Shown: positions 49,982-58,612 of the stretch, in pieces
Position numbering within the stretch: the stretch's first letter is position 1
Layout of the letters: each line of letters begins with the position of its first letter
Assembly (NCBI GenBank): GCA_027592925.1
Contig: JAQCJO010000002.1
Location: 5,617-69,616, forward strand
Direction of reading: 5' to 3'
DNA: 64,000 bases
Source of the DNA: Actinomycetota bacterium
Lineage (GTDB): Bacteria; Actinomycetota; Acidimicrobiia; Acidimicrobiales; Ilumatobacteraceae
Notes under the pieces: generated by a model
The model's input: only the letters and a program-made list of their open reading frames with translations
Told to the model about the DNA's origin: nothing
The model's database searches: none
Made by a program: the position numbers and the translations under genes

Positions 49982-50049
49982 AGCATTGCCGTTGACTGCC
50001 GATCACTCTCGGTAGACTAGTTATAAGCGGGCAAGGAGAATTCTTCAGC

Positions 50050-52410
50050 ATGCGCGTACCCCCAAAACCAAAAATGATGAGCGCAGTTGGCATTATTGTC
50101 ATCAGCCTGATTGCCACGATGTTGCCTGTTGGTCCTGCTCGTGCCAATGACGGTTTGTTACCCAATGCAATTGTGATCAATGGTCGCGGTTATGGACATG
50201 GTCGTGGCATGAGCCAATACGGTGCGTACGGATGGGCCACAACTGGCTCGACGTGGGACCAGATTCTCAACTTTTATTACGGCGGTCCAACAGGAAACAC
50301 CATTGGCTCGCTCGCCGACCCCGGTCAAGTTATGACCACATATCTTTCGGCCATGAACGACAAATCAACTTCGGTGGTCGCCGACGCCAGCAATGCGGTG
50401 TTTGTTCAAGACCCAATCCCTGGCCGACTCTGGACATCACTTGTAGCGATTGAAACATCACAACGCGTGTATCGCGTGTGGGGTTCGATGGAGCGTAAGT
50501 GTGCAGTATCTACAGACCCGGCAACCGAAGGCTTCACGTTGATTGCCGATGTACAAACAGTTGCATCATTTACGACAACTGTCGGATCAGATCCGGCTGC
50601 TGCATCCAGTGCTGTAATCGGCTTGTGCGAGCCACGTACCAGTAGCAAACACAAGATCCGCTATTACCGCGGAGAAATTCGTGCTGTCAACAACTCGAGT
50701 GGCGCTAATCGCACCATTAATGCCACCAGCATCGAAAGTTATTTGCGTGGCGTCGTACCGCGTGAGTCACCTGCCGATTGGGGCAATGCAGCAGGTGGTG
50801 CTGGTATGCATGCATTGCGGGCTCAAGCAGTTGCTGCGCGCTCCTATTCGGCAACCGAAAATAGATATGCGGGCCTGGCTCGCACGTGCGACTCACAAAA
50901 TTGTCAGGTCTACGGGGGCAGCGCATTGCGCGAATCGGTCAATGGTGCAATCGTTGCTCTTGAGCATCCACTTACCGATCAAGCCATAGCCGAAACCGCT
51001 GGCGTCGTGATTGTGCAGCCCAACGGCAAACCATCTCGCACAGAGTTCACCTCGAGCAACGGTGGTCGCACTGCGGGTGGCACCTTCCCTGCACAAGTCG
51101 ACCCTGGCGATCTCGCCAGCGAGCCTGTCAATAATTTGTTGGTCTGGACACGCATCATTTCTGCAGCACAACTCACAGCAAAATATCCGCAGATTGGCAC
51201 GCTCACCTCTGTTGTCACCACACACGACGGCCTTGGCGGAGACTGGAATGGCTATGCAACTTCGGTTGCCATCAACGGCACCGCGTCTACCGTCACCGTC
51301 AAGGGCTACGACTTCAAATCCATCTTCAATCTACCTGCTCCATGGTACGAGACATCCTCCATTTATGGAGCAGCATTCGACGCTGGCCCGGTTGGCGCAA
51401 TGTTGTTTATCGGTGACTCTGTCGGCGAAAGCATCGCCAGCACATTTGCCTCGGTTGTCACACCTGCTTACCCAACAATGAACTATCAGGCGCTCAGTAA
51501 TCGCTGCCTTGTTGGTCCAAGTTGTGTTGCGGCTGCATCAGGCGCACCTGATGCTCCAGCAATTATCAACGCACTCACACCCGAGCAATACCCGAGCGTC
51601 GCAATCATTCAGTTGGGCTACAACGACGATCCAAACACGTACCAGTCTGACGTCGATCAGGTAGTCAATGCACTCAGCGCTCGCGGTGTGCAGCGAATTG
51701 TGTTTATCAATCTCTCCACTCGCCAAACCTCACGTAACTATGCGCTCTCTAACGCGGTTCTTGCCAATGCTGCAGCAGGTTATCCAAATGTCTCGGTGCT
51801 CGATTGGAATGCAGCTTCATCTGCGCCGTCTCAAAAACGATGGTTTAGCGATGATCTTCACCTGACGAGAACTGGCCGCAGTGAATTTACGTTGTTCATC
51901 CGCAATCAACTTGATGCATTGCGCTCACAAAACATCATTACGAACGGAGTTGCAACAGTCTTGCCACTTGGCGTGCCGATGACCAAGGGCGACCGAGGAG
52001 CCAACGTCAAGGCTCTGCAAACTGCCCTCAATGCCTATTTCAAATTGCCAAAGAAAAAACGCATCGCTGTTGATGGCGTACTCGGCAAAAGAACTGTTGC
52101 CCTCGTGACCAGACTCGAGACCAACGCTGTTCTACCAATTGACGGCATTGCCGACGAAGCCGTGTTGGCCGTGTTGGGCATCGACCCGGCAAGAATCATT
52201 CTTTCTAAAGGCACGAAGCACGCGACAGTTGCTACCGCCCAAACTGCCCTAGCACGCGTGCTCAAAGTCAAGGTGCGCGCAGACGGCATCTATGGCTCAG
52301 GTACTACGCGCCAAGTCAAACGTTTTCAGAAGAGTGTCGGCATCAAGCAAACGGGCAAGATCAATCGCCTGACTTGGCAGGCGTTACTTAGCGCTTCAAT
52401 GCAGAAGTAA
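50050..52410 (+). CDS. secreted SpoIID/LytB-domain protein fused to an SGNH/GDSL-like hydrolase domain and two peptidoglycan-binding (PG_binding_1) repeats
   Basis: Signal/TM region, SpoIID motif NGRGYGHGRGMSQYGAYGWA, and RGVVPRESP. The SGNH blocks are FIGDSVGES, QLGYNDD and SDDLHLT. Two repeats of the type GANVKALQTALN...VDGVLGKRT and VATAQTAL...ADGIYGSGT follow. SD AAGGAG lies upstream. Confidence 0.85.
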   Translation: MRVPPKPKMMSAVGIIVISLIATMLPVGPARANDGLLPNAIVINGRGYGHGRGMSQYGAYGWATTGSTWDQILNFYYGGPTGNTIGSLADPGQVMTTYLSAMNDKSTSVVADASNAVFVQDPIPGRLWTSLVAIETSQRVYRVWGSMERKCAVSTDPATEGFTLIADVQTVASFTTTVGSDPAAASSAVIGLCEPRTSSKHKIRYYRGEIRAVNNSSGANRTINATSIESYLRGVVPRESPADWGNAAGGAGMHALRAQAVAARSYSATENRYAGLARTCDSQNCQVYGGSALRESVNGAIVALEHPLTDQAIAETAGVVIVQPNGKPSRTEFTSSNGGRTAGGTFPAQVDPGDLASEPVNNLLVWTRIISAAQLTAKYPQIGTLTSVVTTHDGLGGDWNGYATSVAINGTASTVTVKGYDFKSIFNLPAPWYETSSIYGAAFDAGPVGAMLFIGDSVGESIASTFASVVTPAYPTMNYQALSNRCLVGPSCVAAASGAPDAPAIINALTPEQYPSVAIIQLGYNDDPNTYQSDVDQVVNALSARGVQRIVFINLSTRQTSRNYALSNAVLANAAAGYPNVSVLDWNAASSAPSQKRWFSDDLHLTRTGRSEFTLFIRNQLDALRSQNIITNGVATVLPLGVPMTKGDRGANVKALQTALNAYFKLPKKKRIAVDGVLGKRTVALVTRLETNAVLPIDGIADEAVLAVLGIDPARIILSKGTKHATVATAQTALARVLKVKVRADGIYGSGTTRQVKRFQKSVGIKQTGKINRLTWQALLSASMQK

Positions 52411-54178
52411 AACGCTCTTCCCACGCCTCATTGCTGACCATTGTCGGATAAGCAGCACGATATTCGCGCTTGAGGCGCTTATACGAAGTAGCAATCGCAA
52501 AGATTGACTTGACAACCTCACGCAATAACTTGAAAAAACGTTTAGTGTCGCGCTCTACGGTGTAGCCATCGGCAATGCGGTCGTGGCGATACAGAATTCG
52601 GTTGCGCAGTGAGGCTACACCGACCGCACGAGCGTCGATGGGGCCAACACCGTATTTCTTTAGGCGCATAGGTTTTGGAATGATGTAGCCACCCAACAGC
52701 ACGATGGCAAACAAGAACCCAAATGCGCGCAACGCCTTATGCCGTGGTTGGCGAGGCCGAATTGCTGCCAACTCGGCTGACAGCGGTGCTGGCTTTTCTT
52801 CAGCACACACACGCAATTCGTCGTGCAATGCGGCGTGATCGATCTTCATCCACTCGGCCGGACCAGCCAGATATGCGTTGAGTCCGCGCAGCATGTATTC
52901 GGTCGATGCGTAGCGCATCGAAAAAAGGTTGCGGAACCCAAATGACGCAAATCGATATGCCAAGTTCCACCACGTGTGCTTGTCGAATACCAGCGTGTCA
53001 ACAAGTGCCAAGTTGCGCGACTCGTAAAACAATGACGACGGATTGTTCTTCAACCCAAAGTCGGCGTGCCACACAATCACTCCATTGAGTGTGATCGAAT
53101 GTTTGCCCGTGTGCATCAGACCAAAAGCAACATCGTCTCCGCGCACAAATACGGGCAACGGATTTTCGTTGGTGATGTTGATCGGAAACGCGGTGTACCA
53201 CCACGCGGTGTAGTCAAAGGGAACTTCGGCCGCGTCTTGCACAGCAACCGATCGGTCGCGCATGTCGTCTTCACGACCGAGGGCTTGCAATGGATATATA
53301 GAGCGCCACGAATACTGCGACCCAGCCTCAAACTGCAGCCACGGACGCTCTTCCGACAGCATTGCTCCGTGCACACAGAGTTTGGGATCTTTGGCGAAGG
53401 CAAATAACGACATCGTGCGCACAATCGCTTCAGGCTCGAGCGTGATGTCGTCGTCCATGAACAACACGTGAGTTGCCCAGCCTGCTTTTCGCAGTTCGAT
53501 CAATCCGCGCGCAAAACCGCCTGCGCCACCCAGGTTGCCGTTTGGGATCACCGTGAGCGGTGCGTCTGTTGTCGCATCGAACGTCACATTTTGTGCGTTA
53601 TCAACTACGAGCACTCGCACTTTTCCATTGAGAGCATCCGAGTTGCGCACCAAATCGAGCACGTTGTGCACGGTCTTGCGCACATATTCTTGACGATTAA
53701 ACGTAGTGATCGACAACGACATGCGCACTTCGTGTCGCGGAGCATCGTTTGTAACCCACTCGCCACCCGTCATGCACACTTCGCCACCAATTGCAGTCAC
53801 CCGCACGTAATAGGTGCCATCTGTTGACGTCTGTAGCTCGGGCACGCTGAGCGTCATGCTGGTAGGGGATCCTTCGCCGCGCGGCAATTGCGCTGTTGCT
53901 ACAACCGATTCTTTCTTACCGTTAACCACCACAACTTCGGCAATGCCCACACCGGATGCGCGCACGTTGAGACTTAAGTTGTTGACGTGACTCACTCGGC
54001 GCCAGCGGCCGGCGGCAAACACACCAAACGTTGTATCAAAACTGAGCGTGCCACCGTCTGCAAGCACCGCCCCATTGTCGACCATTCGCACATCGCCGCT
54101 CGTGCGCGCATACAACAGCGGCTCTGGAGTTGTTGTTGTGGGCAACACAAGACGTTGCAACAAGTTTGATGTTTGCAT
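52388..54178 (-). CDS. glfT2: GT2-family galactofuranosyltransferase, GlfT2-like
   Basis: Colinear with M. tuberculosis GlfT2 (Rv3808c) as I recall it: LLQRLVLP, FGVFAAGRWRR, NLGGAGGFARG, LFMDDDITLEPEAIVR. The start overlaps the glf stop by 1 nt. Confidence 0.78.
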   Translation of the reverse strand: MQTSNLLQRLVLPTTTTPEPLLYARTSGDVRMVDNGAVLADGGTLSFDTTFGVFAAGRWRRVSHVNNLSLNVRASGVGIAEVVVVNGKKESVVATAQLPRGEGSPTSMTLSVPELQTSTDGTYYVRVTAIGGEVCMTGGEWVTNDAPRHEVRMSLSITTFNRQEYVRKTVHNVLDLVRNSDALNGKVRVLVVDNAQNVTFDATTDAPLTVIPNGNLGGAGGFARGLIELRKAGWATHVLFMDDDITLEPEAIVRTMSLFAFAKDPKLCVHGAMLSEERPWLQFEAGSQYSWRSIYPLQALGREDDMRDRSVAVQDAAEVPFDYTAWWYTAFPINITNENPLPVFVRGDDVAFGLMHTGKHSITLNGVIVWHADFGLKNNPSSLFYESRNLALVDTLVFDKHTWWNLAYRFASFGFRNLFSMRYASTEYMLRGLNAYLAGPAEWMKIDHAALHDELRVCAEEKPAPLSAELAAIRPRQPRHKALRAFGFLFAIVLLGGYIIPKPMRLKKYGVGPIDARAVGVASLRNRILYRHDRIADGYTVERDTKRFFKLLREVVKSIFAIATSYKRLKREYRAAYPTMVSNEAWEERFTSALKR

Positions 54179-55344
54179 CAGTGCTTTGCCCCACCCAACG
54201 GGTCGGTGAAAAACGGTGGGATGTCTTGATTATCGTCGAGCGCTTTCAACATTGCTGTCGCTGCAGCCAATGCTTCGTGAATAGTGACGTCCATGTCGAG
54301 ATAACGATAGGTGCCAAGGCGACCCAAGAAAGTGACGCCCTTCTGGGCACGTGCTTTGTGCACATAGTTGACCAGTTGATCGGTTTCTTTCACCAACCGA
54401 ATCGGGTAATACGGAGTGTCGTTCTCTCCACAAAGACGAGAAAACTCGGTGTAAGTCACAGTGCTTTCATGGTTTTCCCATGGTGCAAAATGTTTGTGTT
54501 CGGTAATGCGCGTGTACGGCACTTGCTCATCGCAATAATTGAGCACTGGACAGCCCTGAAAATCTCCGTCAGAAACATGTTGCTCAAAGTCGAGCGTGCG
54601 ATATGCAAGCCGCCCGTGTTCAAAACCAAAATATGCATCGATCGGGCCTGTCCACACCACGTGGTCATAGCTGCTCGAATGTGCTCGCTCAAAACGCGTC
54701 GACAAATGCACAGTGATACTCGGATGATCAAGAATTGCCTGCACAATCGGCGTGTATCCGTGCTCAGGGATTCCCTGATGTGGATGATTGAAGTATGAGT
54801 CGTCAGCGGTAAACCGAAGCGGTAAGCGCGCGAGGATGCTTGCGGGCAACTCTGTTGGATCCACACCCCACTGCTTTTTGGTGTAGCCAGCAAAAAAAGC
54901 GTCGTACAGTTCGCGACCCACAAATCGCAATCCTTGATCTTCAAACGAAACTGGGTTTGTAATTGTCGAGTCTGCTTTTGTGGCAATAAATGCTTCGACT
55001 TCGGCTGGCGAAAAATTGGTGCCAAAAAATTCGTTGATCAATGTCAGGTTCATTGGCATCTGAAAGGCTCTGTCGCCCACCATTGCTCGCACCCGGTGGC
55101 GATACGGCATCATCACTCCAAAGCGCGTGATGAACTCCCACACATGTTCGTGTTGCGTATGAAAGATGTGAGGTCCGTAGGTGTGCACCATGACGCCCGT
55201 TTCGTGGCGCTCGGTATGGCAGTTACCAGCCACGTGATCGCGAGTGTCAAAAACGGTTGCAGTATGGCCTGCTTCGGCCAGTTGTCTGGCCACCACGGCA
55301 CCTGAAAAGCCTGCGCCAACAATGGCAAACGATCGCGCTAGCAC
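54178..55344 (-). CDS. glf: UDP-galactopyranose mutase
   Basis: Contains IVGAGFSGAVVA, DHVAGNCHT and HTYGPHIFHT, with the typical Glf length. Confidence 0.93.
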   Translation of the reverse strand: MLARSFAIVGAGFSGAVVARQLAEAGHTATVFDTRDHVAGNCHTERHETGVMVHTYGPHIFHTQHEHVWEFITRFGVMMPYRHRVRAMVGDRAFQMPMNLTLINEFFGTNFSPAEVEAFIATKADSTITNPVSFEDQGLRFVGRELYDAFFAGYTKKQWGVDPTELPASILARLPLRFTADDSYFNHPHQGIPEHGYTPIVQAILDHPSITVHLSTRFERAHSSSYDHVVWTGPIDAYFGFEHGRLAYRTLDFEQHVSDGDFQGCPVLNYCDEQVPYTRITEHKHFAPWENHESTVTYTEFSRLCGENDTPYYPIRLVKETDQLVNYVHKARAQKGVTFLGRLGTYRYLDMDVTIHEALAAATAMLKALDDNQDIPPFFTDPLGGAKH

Positions 55345-55362
55345 GCCTTAAATACTACGCAA

Positions 55363-56529
55363 TTAGTGCGAGAGCCAAGGTGCACAGAGACCGTCCAGAT
55401 CGCGTACTTCGATGCGATCACGGTTGGCATATGTCACTTGGTTGCTTGGATCCGCGCGCAATTTGAATATGCGAAATTCCATTTCTGTCGTATCGATCGC
55501 AAGAATGCGACCAACCAACGACTCGCCGAGGCTGAGGAGCAACTTGATGGTCTCGAGCGCCTGAATTGAACCAACAATTCCTGGCAATACCCCAAGCACA
55601 CCAGCCTCTGCGCAACTTGGCGCAAGTTCGGCTGGAGGAGGCTCTGGCACCATGTCGCGATATGTCGGACCATTCTGTGGATCGAACACCGTGACCATGC
55701 CTTCAAACCTGAAGATTGATCCGTGCACGACTGGAATACCAAGTTTGACGCTGGCGTCGTTGAGCACATAGCGACTTGGGAAGTTGTCGGCACCATCCAC
55801 GACCACGTCGTATCCAGCAATGATCTCCATGATGTTGCTCGCGTCTAGCCGCGTGTCATACGTGACTACATCAACATCTGGATTGAGCATCGTCAATGTC
55901 TTTTTTGCCGAGTCAACCTTGCGATCACCAATGCGATCAATGTTGTGCAAGATCTGACGCTGCAAGTTGCTGGCATCCACTTCGTCCATGTCAACAATGC
56001 CGATTGTGCCCACGCCAGCAGCAGCCAGGTATAAAGCAGCAGGGCTTCCAAGTCCGCCAGCACCCAACAACAACACTTTGCTGGCAAGCAATTTTGCCTG
56101 GCCTTCAACACCAACTTCTGGCAACAAAATATGTCGCTGATAACGATTGCGCTGCTCAGCGGTTAATGAGGCAGGAGTGCCCCACTGACGACCTTCATCT
56201 TTCCACTTTCCAAAACCACCAGCCATCGAGACAACATTGGTGTAGCCAAGCTCTTGCAAAGTCTTTGCGGCAAACGCGCTGCGCACTCCACCCGCGCAAT
56301 ACACCACGATCGGCGCATCCTTATCGGTGATCTTGCTCTCGATCTGTGCTTCGAGGTGACCACGCGGAATATGGATCGACAGCGGCAATGTACCTTGCTC
56401 AAATTCGTCGGGTTCGCGCACATCAAGAGCCAGGGTTGTTCCAGTTGCCAAACGCGCAGCGGCATCGGCAGTGTCTACCTCAACAATTTGTGATTTTGCT
56501 TGTGCAAGTAGGTCTCTAAAACCAGCCAT
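55363..56529 (-). CDS. ThiF/MoeB-type adenylyltransferase with N-terminal rhodanese domain (permuted MoeZ-like)
   Basis: Residues 1-115 are rhodanese (active-site loop CAGGVRS). The E1 domain follows (RYQRHILLPEVGVEGQ, LLLGAGGLGSPAALYLAAAGVGTIGIVDMDEVDASNLQRQ, PSCAEAGVLG). Confidence 0.88.
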   Translation of the reverse strand: MAGFRDLLAQAKSQIVEVDTADAAARLATGTTLALDVREPDEFEQGTLPLSIHIPRGHLEAQIESKITDKDAPIVVYCAGGVRSAFAAKTLQELGYTNVVSMAGGFGKWKDEGRQWGTPASLTAEQRNRYQRHILLPEVGVEGQAKLLASKVLLLGAGGLGSPAALYLAAAGVGTIGIVDMDEVDASNLQRQILHNIDRIGDRKVDSAKKTLTMLNPDVDVVTYDTRLDASNIMEIIAGYDVVVDGADNFPSRYVLNDASVKLGIPVVHGSIFRFEGMVTVFDPQNGPTYRDMVPEPPPAELAPSCAEAGVLGVLPGIVGSIQALETIKLLLSLGESLVGRILAIDTTEMEFRIFKLRADPSNQVTYANRDRIEVRDLDGLCAPWLSH

Positions 56530-56583
56530 ATAGGTGACAAATCCTCCACCTAATACCCTACCGTTCTAGTCGGGTTTTGATGC

Positions 56584-57354
56584 TCAGAGTGAACGGCAGA
56601 GCAAGGGCAGCACCTCGGAAATACCAGCATTGATCACTACATCAGCCCGATCATCCATCTCGGTCGGCTGACCATTGACAATGATCAATGCCGCTCCTGC
56701 AGCCTTGGCCCTCGGCACCGCGTTAGCGGCTGGGTACACCGACAGCGAGGTTCCCACAGCCAGCAACACATCGCACTCTTCGCTCGCAGTCAACGCTCTA
56801 CCAATCACGTCGGGTTCGAGCGACTGACCAAATAAAATCGTGTCGCTTTTCAAGATCCCACCACACAACTCACACCTCGGATCCACATCACCAGCGATCA
56901 CGCGCGCCAAAGCATCCACCATCGGTTTGCGATCCTTGCATCCCCAACAACATGTGCGATGAATAGTGCCATGCACTTCCAGAACATTCTTCGGATCATG
57001 TCCTGCACGTTGATGTAGTTCGTCGACGTTTTGCGTAATGATGGCAATCAGGGCACCACGGCGTTCAAGTTCAAGTAACGCGATATGTCCGGCGTTTGGT
57101 TGAGGATCATTATCAATCCAACGCACTCTGTTGCGCCACGATTTTTGACGCAGTTCATCATCTTCCAAATAATGAGTCAGGGTTGCTGCGCGTTCTGCAT
57201 CTGGATCCTTTGTCCATAATCCGTTTGGTCCTCGAAAGTCTGGAATACCAGAATCTGTCGAAATGCCTGCACCTGTCAACACAGTGATGCGCTTGGACGG
57301 TTGCAGAATGACCCGTGCTTGATCTATTTTTTCTTGTAATTCTTCGCTTATCAC
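56584..57354 (-). CDS. cobB: NAD-dependent protein deacylase (Sir2/CobB family)
   Basis: Contains GAGISTDSGIPDFRG and QNVDELH, with Zn ribbon CCWGC...CELCGG. The start is either GTG 57354 or the ORF-track start at 57384. Confidence 0.87.
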   Translation of the reverse strand: MISEELQEKIDQARVILQPSKRITVLTGAGISTDSGIPDFRGPNGLWTKDPDAERAATLTHYLEDDELRQKSWRNRVRWIDNDPQPNAGHIALLELERRGALIAIITQNVDELHQRAGHDPKNVLEVHGTIHRTCCWGCKDRKPMVDALARVIAGDVDPRCELCGGILKSDTILFGQSLEPDVIGRALTASEECDVLLAVGTSLSVYPAANAVPRAKAAGAALIIVNGQPTEMDDRADVVINAGISEVLPLLCRSL

Positions 57355-57384
57355 CCTGCCATCTTGCCAAACTCGCGCACACAA

Positions 57385-57978
57385 ATGGGCATGAACGAAT
57401 TACACATTGAAAAAACCCTTGTTGTGGTGCCCTGGCTAGACCCGATTGTTGATGAAGTCGGGTTCGATGTGTTCTCTCGGTACGCCGAAATGTTTTGGCT
57501 TCCCATCATGGGGCCAAGTGCGCTGTGGATTATGCGACGCATTGTGATGGGCTTCGCCGAGTTTCCTGGCGGCTACGAGATGGATACGGAAGAAATCGCA
57601 CTCGCCGTTGGTCTGTCATTCACACAAGGTGCCAACTGTCCATTTAGTCGTGCATTGCGTCGTTGTCAGTGGTTTGGTGCCGCACAAAGCGTGCATGGTG
57701 GCTTGGCTATACGCATCAAACTTCCACCAGTCTCGCGGCGCCAAATACAACGCTTCCCTACTTCACTCAAGCAATCACTCGCAGCGTGGCCAGTTGAATC
57801 CACCGACCATCAACAACTTGTTGAGCGAGCAAAACTTGTCGCAAGCGCGTTGATCACTACTGGCGACGACACCAATTTGTTGGAATCTCGACTTACGCGG
57901 ATCGGAATTCCAGTTGGGATTGCGGCTCGTGTTGCTGGAGAGTTGACCCGCCAAGCCACGGCACAAAGTTCTCCATAA
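57385..57978 (+). CDS. conserved-looking hypothetical protein
   Basis: ORF MGMNELHIEKTLVVVPWLDPIVDEVGFDVFSRYAEMFWLPIMGPSALWIMRRI... has protein-like composition and no family I recognise. It overlaps the rnhB 3' end convergently by 86 nt. Confidence 0.5.
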   Translation: MGMNELHIEKTLVVVPWLDPIVDEVGFDVFSRYAEMFWLPIMGPSALWIMRRIVMGFAEFPGGYEMDTEEIALAVGLSFTQGANCPFSRALRRCQWFGAAQSVHGGLAIRIKLPPVSRRQIQRFPTSLKQSLAAWPVESTDHQQLVERAKLVASALITTGDDTNLLESRLTRIGIPVGIAARVAGELTRQATAQSSP

Positions 57979-58612
57979 ACGCCCAGCTCGTGCGATGCAG
58001 AGCCGAAGGTCCATACCCCTGCAACGCGGTGCGGTGTTTTGGGCACGGGTAACCCTTATTGGTCTCAAAACTCCACAGCGAATAGTCGTTTGCAAACTCA
58101 CGCATCATTCTGTCTCGCGAAACTTTTGCCAATACCGATGCGGCCGACACCGACAACACTGATGCGTCAGCCTTTACTTGTGTCACCACTTGCGAAATGT
58201 GCGGTGACACAAAGTCCCATCGACCATCTATCACTGCCGTTGCTTTGCTCACATCAATTTGTTTCGCCAAACTTTCAATTGCCCGTTTGGTGGCCAACCG
58301 TTGGGCAGCATTCATGCCCATCGCATCGCATTCGGCGTGAGTCACATAGCCAGTTGACCATGCTGCACACGTTGCTGCCACATGATCAAACATTTCTTCT
58401 CGCCTCATTTCAGACAATTGTTTCGAATCACGCGCTCCGCCCATAAGTGCCGCTGCATCGTCGCTCGCAATCACATCACGCGACAACACCGCTGCCCCGA
58501 TCATCAGCGGTCCGGCCCACGCGCCTTTTCCTACTTCATCAATACCGATCACAATTGACGAGCCCTTGCGCAACAGCACTCGCTCTAATTGGGTCGTTGG
58601 TGTTTCTTTCAC
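57893..58612 (-). CDS. rnhB: ribonuclease HII
   Basis: Contains GIDEVGKGAWAGPL, DSKQLS and LAKVSRD. The GTG start overlaps the selD stop (GTGA). Confidence 0.9.
   Translation of the reverse strand: MKETPTTQLERVLLRKGSSIVIGIDEVGKGAWAGPLMIGAAVLSRDVIASDDAAALMGGARDSKQLSEMRREEMFDHVAATCAAWSTGYVTHAECDAMGMNAAQRLATKRAIESLAKQIDVSKATAVIDGRWDFVSPHISQVVTQVKADASVLSVSAASVLAKVSRDRMMREFANDYSLWSFETNKGYPCPKHRTALQGYGPSALHRTSWAFMENFVPWLGGSTLQQHEPQSQLEFRSA

Noticed and set aside
49992-50018. TTGACT ... TAGACT as a sigma-70-type promoter for the SpoIID-like gene.
   Set aside because: The spacer is only 15 nt and alternative -10 hexamers fit poorly. I kept it as context for the ACTAGTTATA observation and did not call it as a feature.
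56584-57978. Sir2-domain gene divergent from an unknown ORF: a possible SIR2-based anti-phage module (Thoeris, DSR or SIR2-HerA type).
   Set aside because: The Sir2 protein is a compact (~256 aa) canonical CobB-type sirtuin with an intact Zn ribbon and no effector or sensor extensions. There is no TIR, HerA, pAgo or large partner nearby. It is most likely a housekeeping deacylase.
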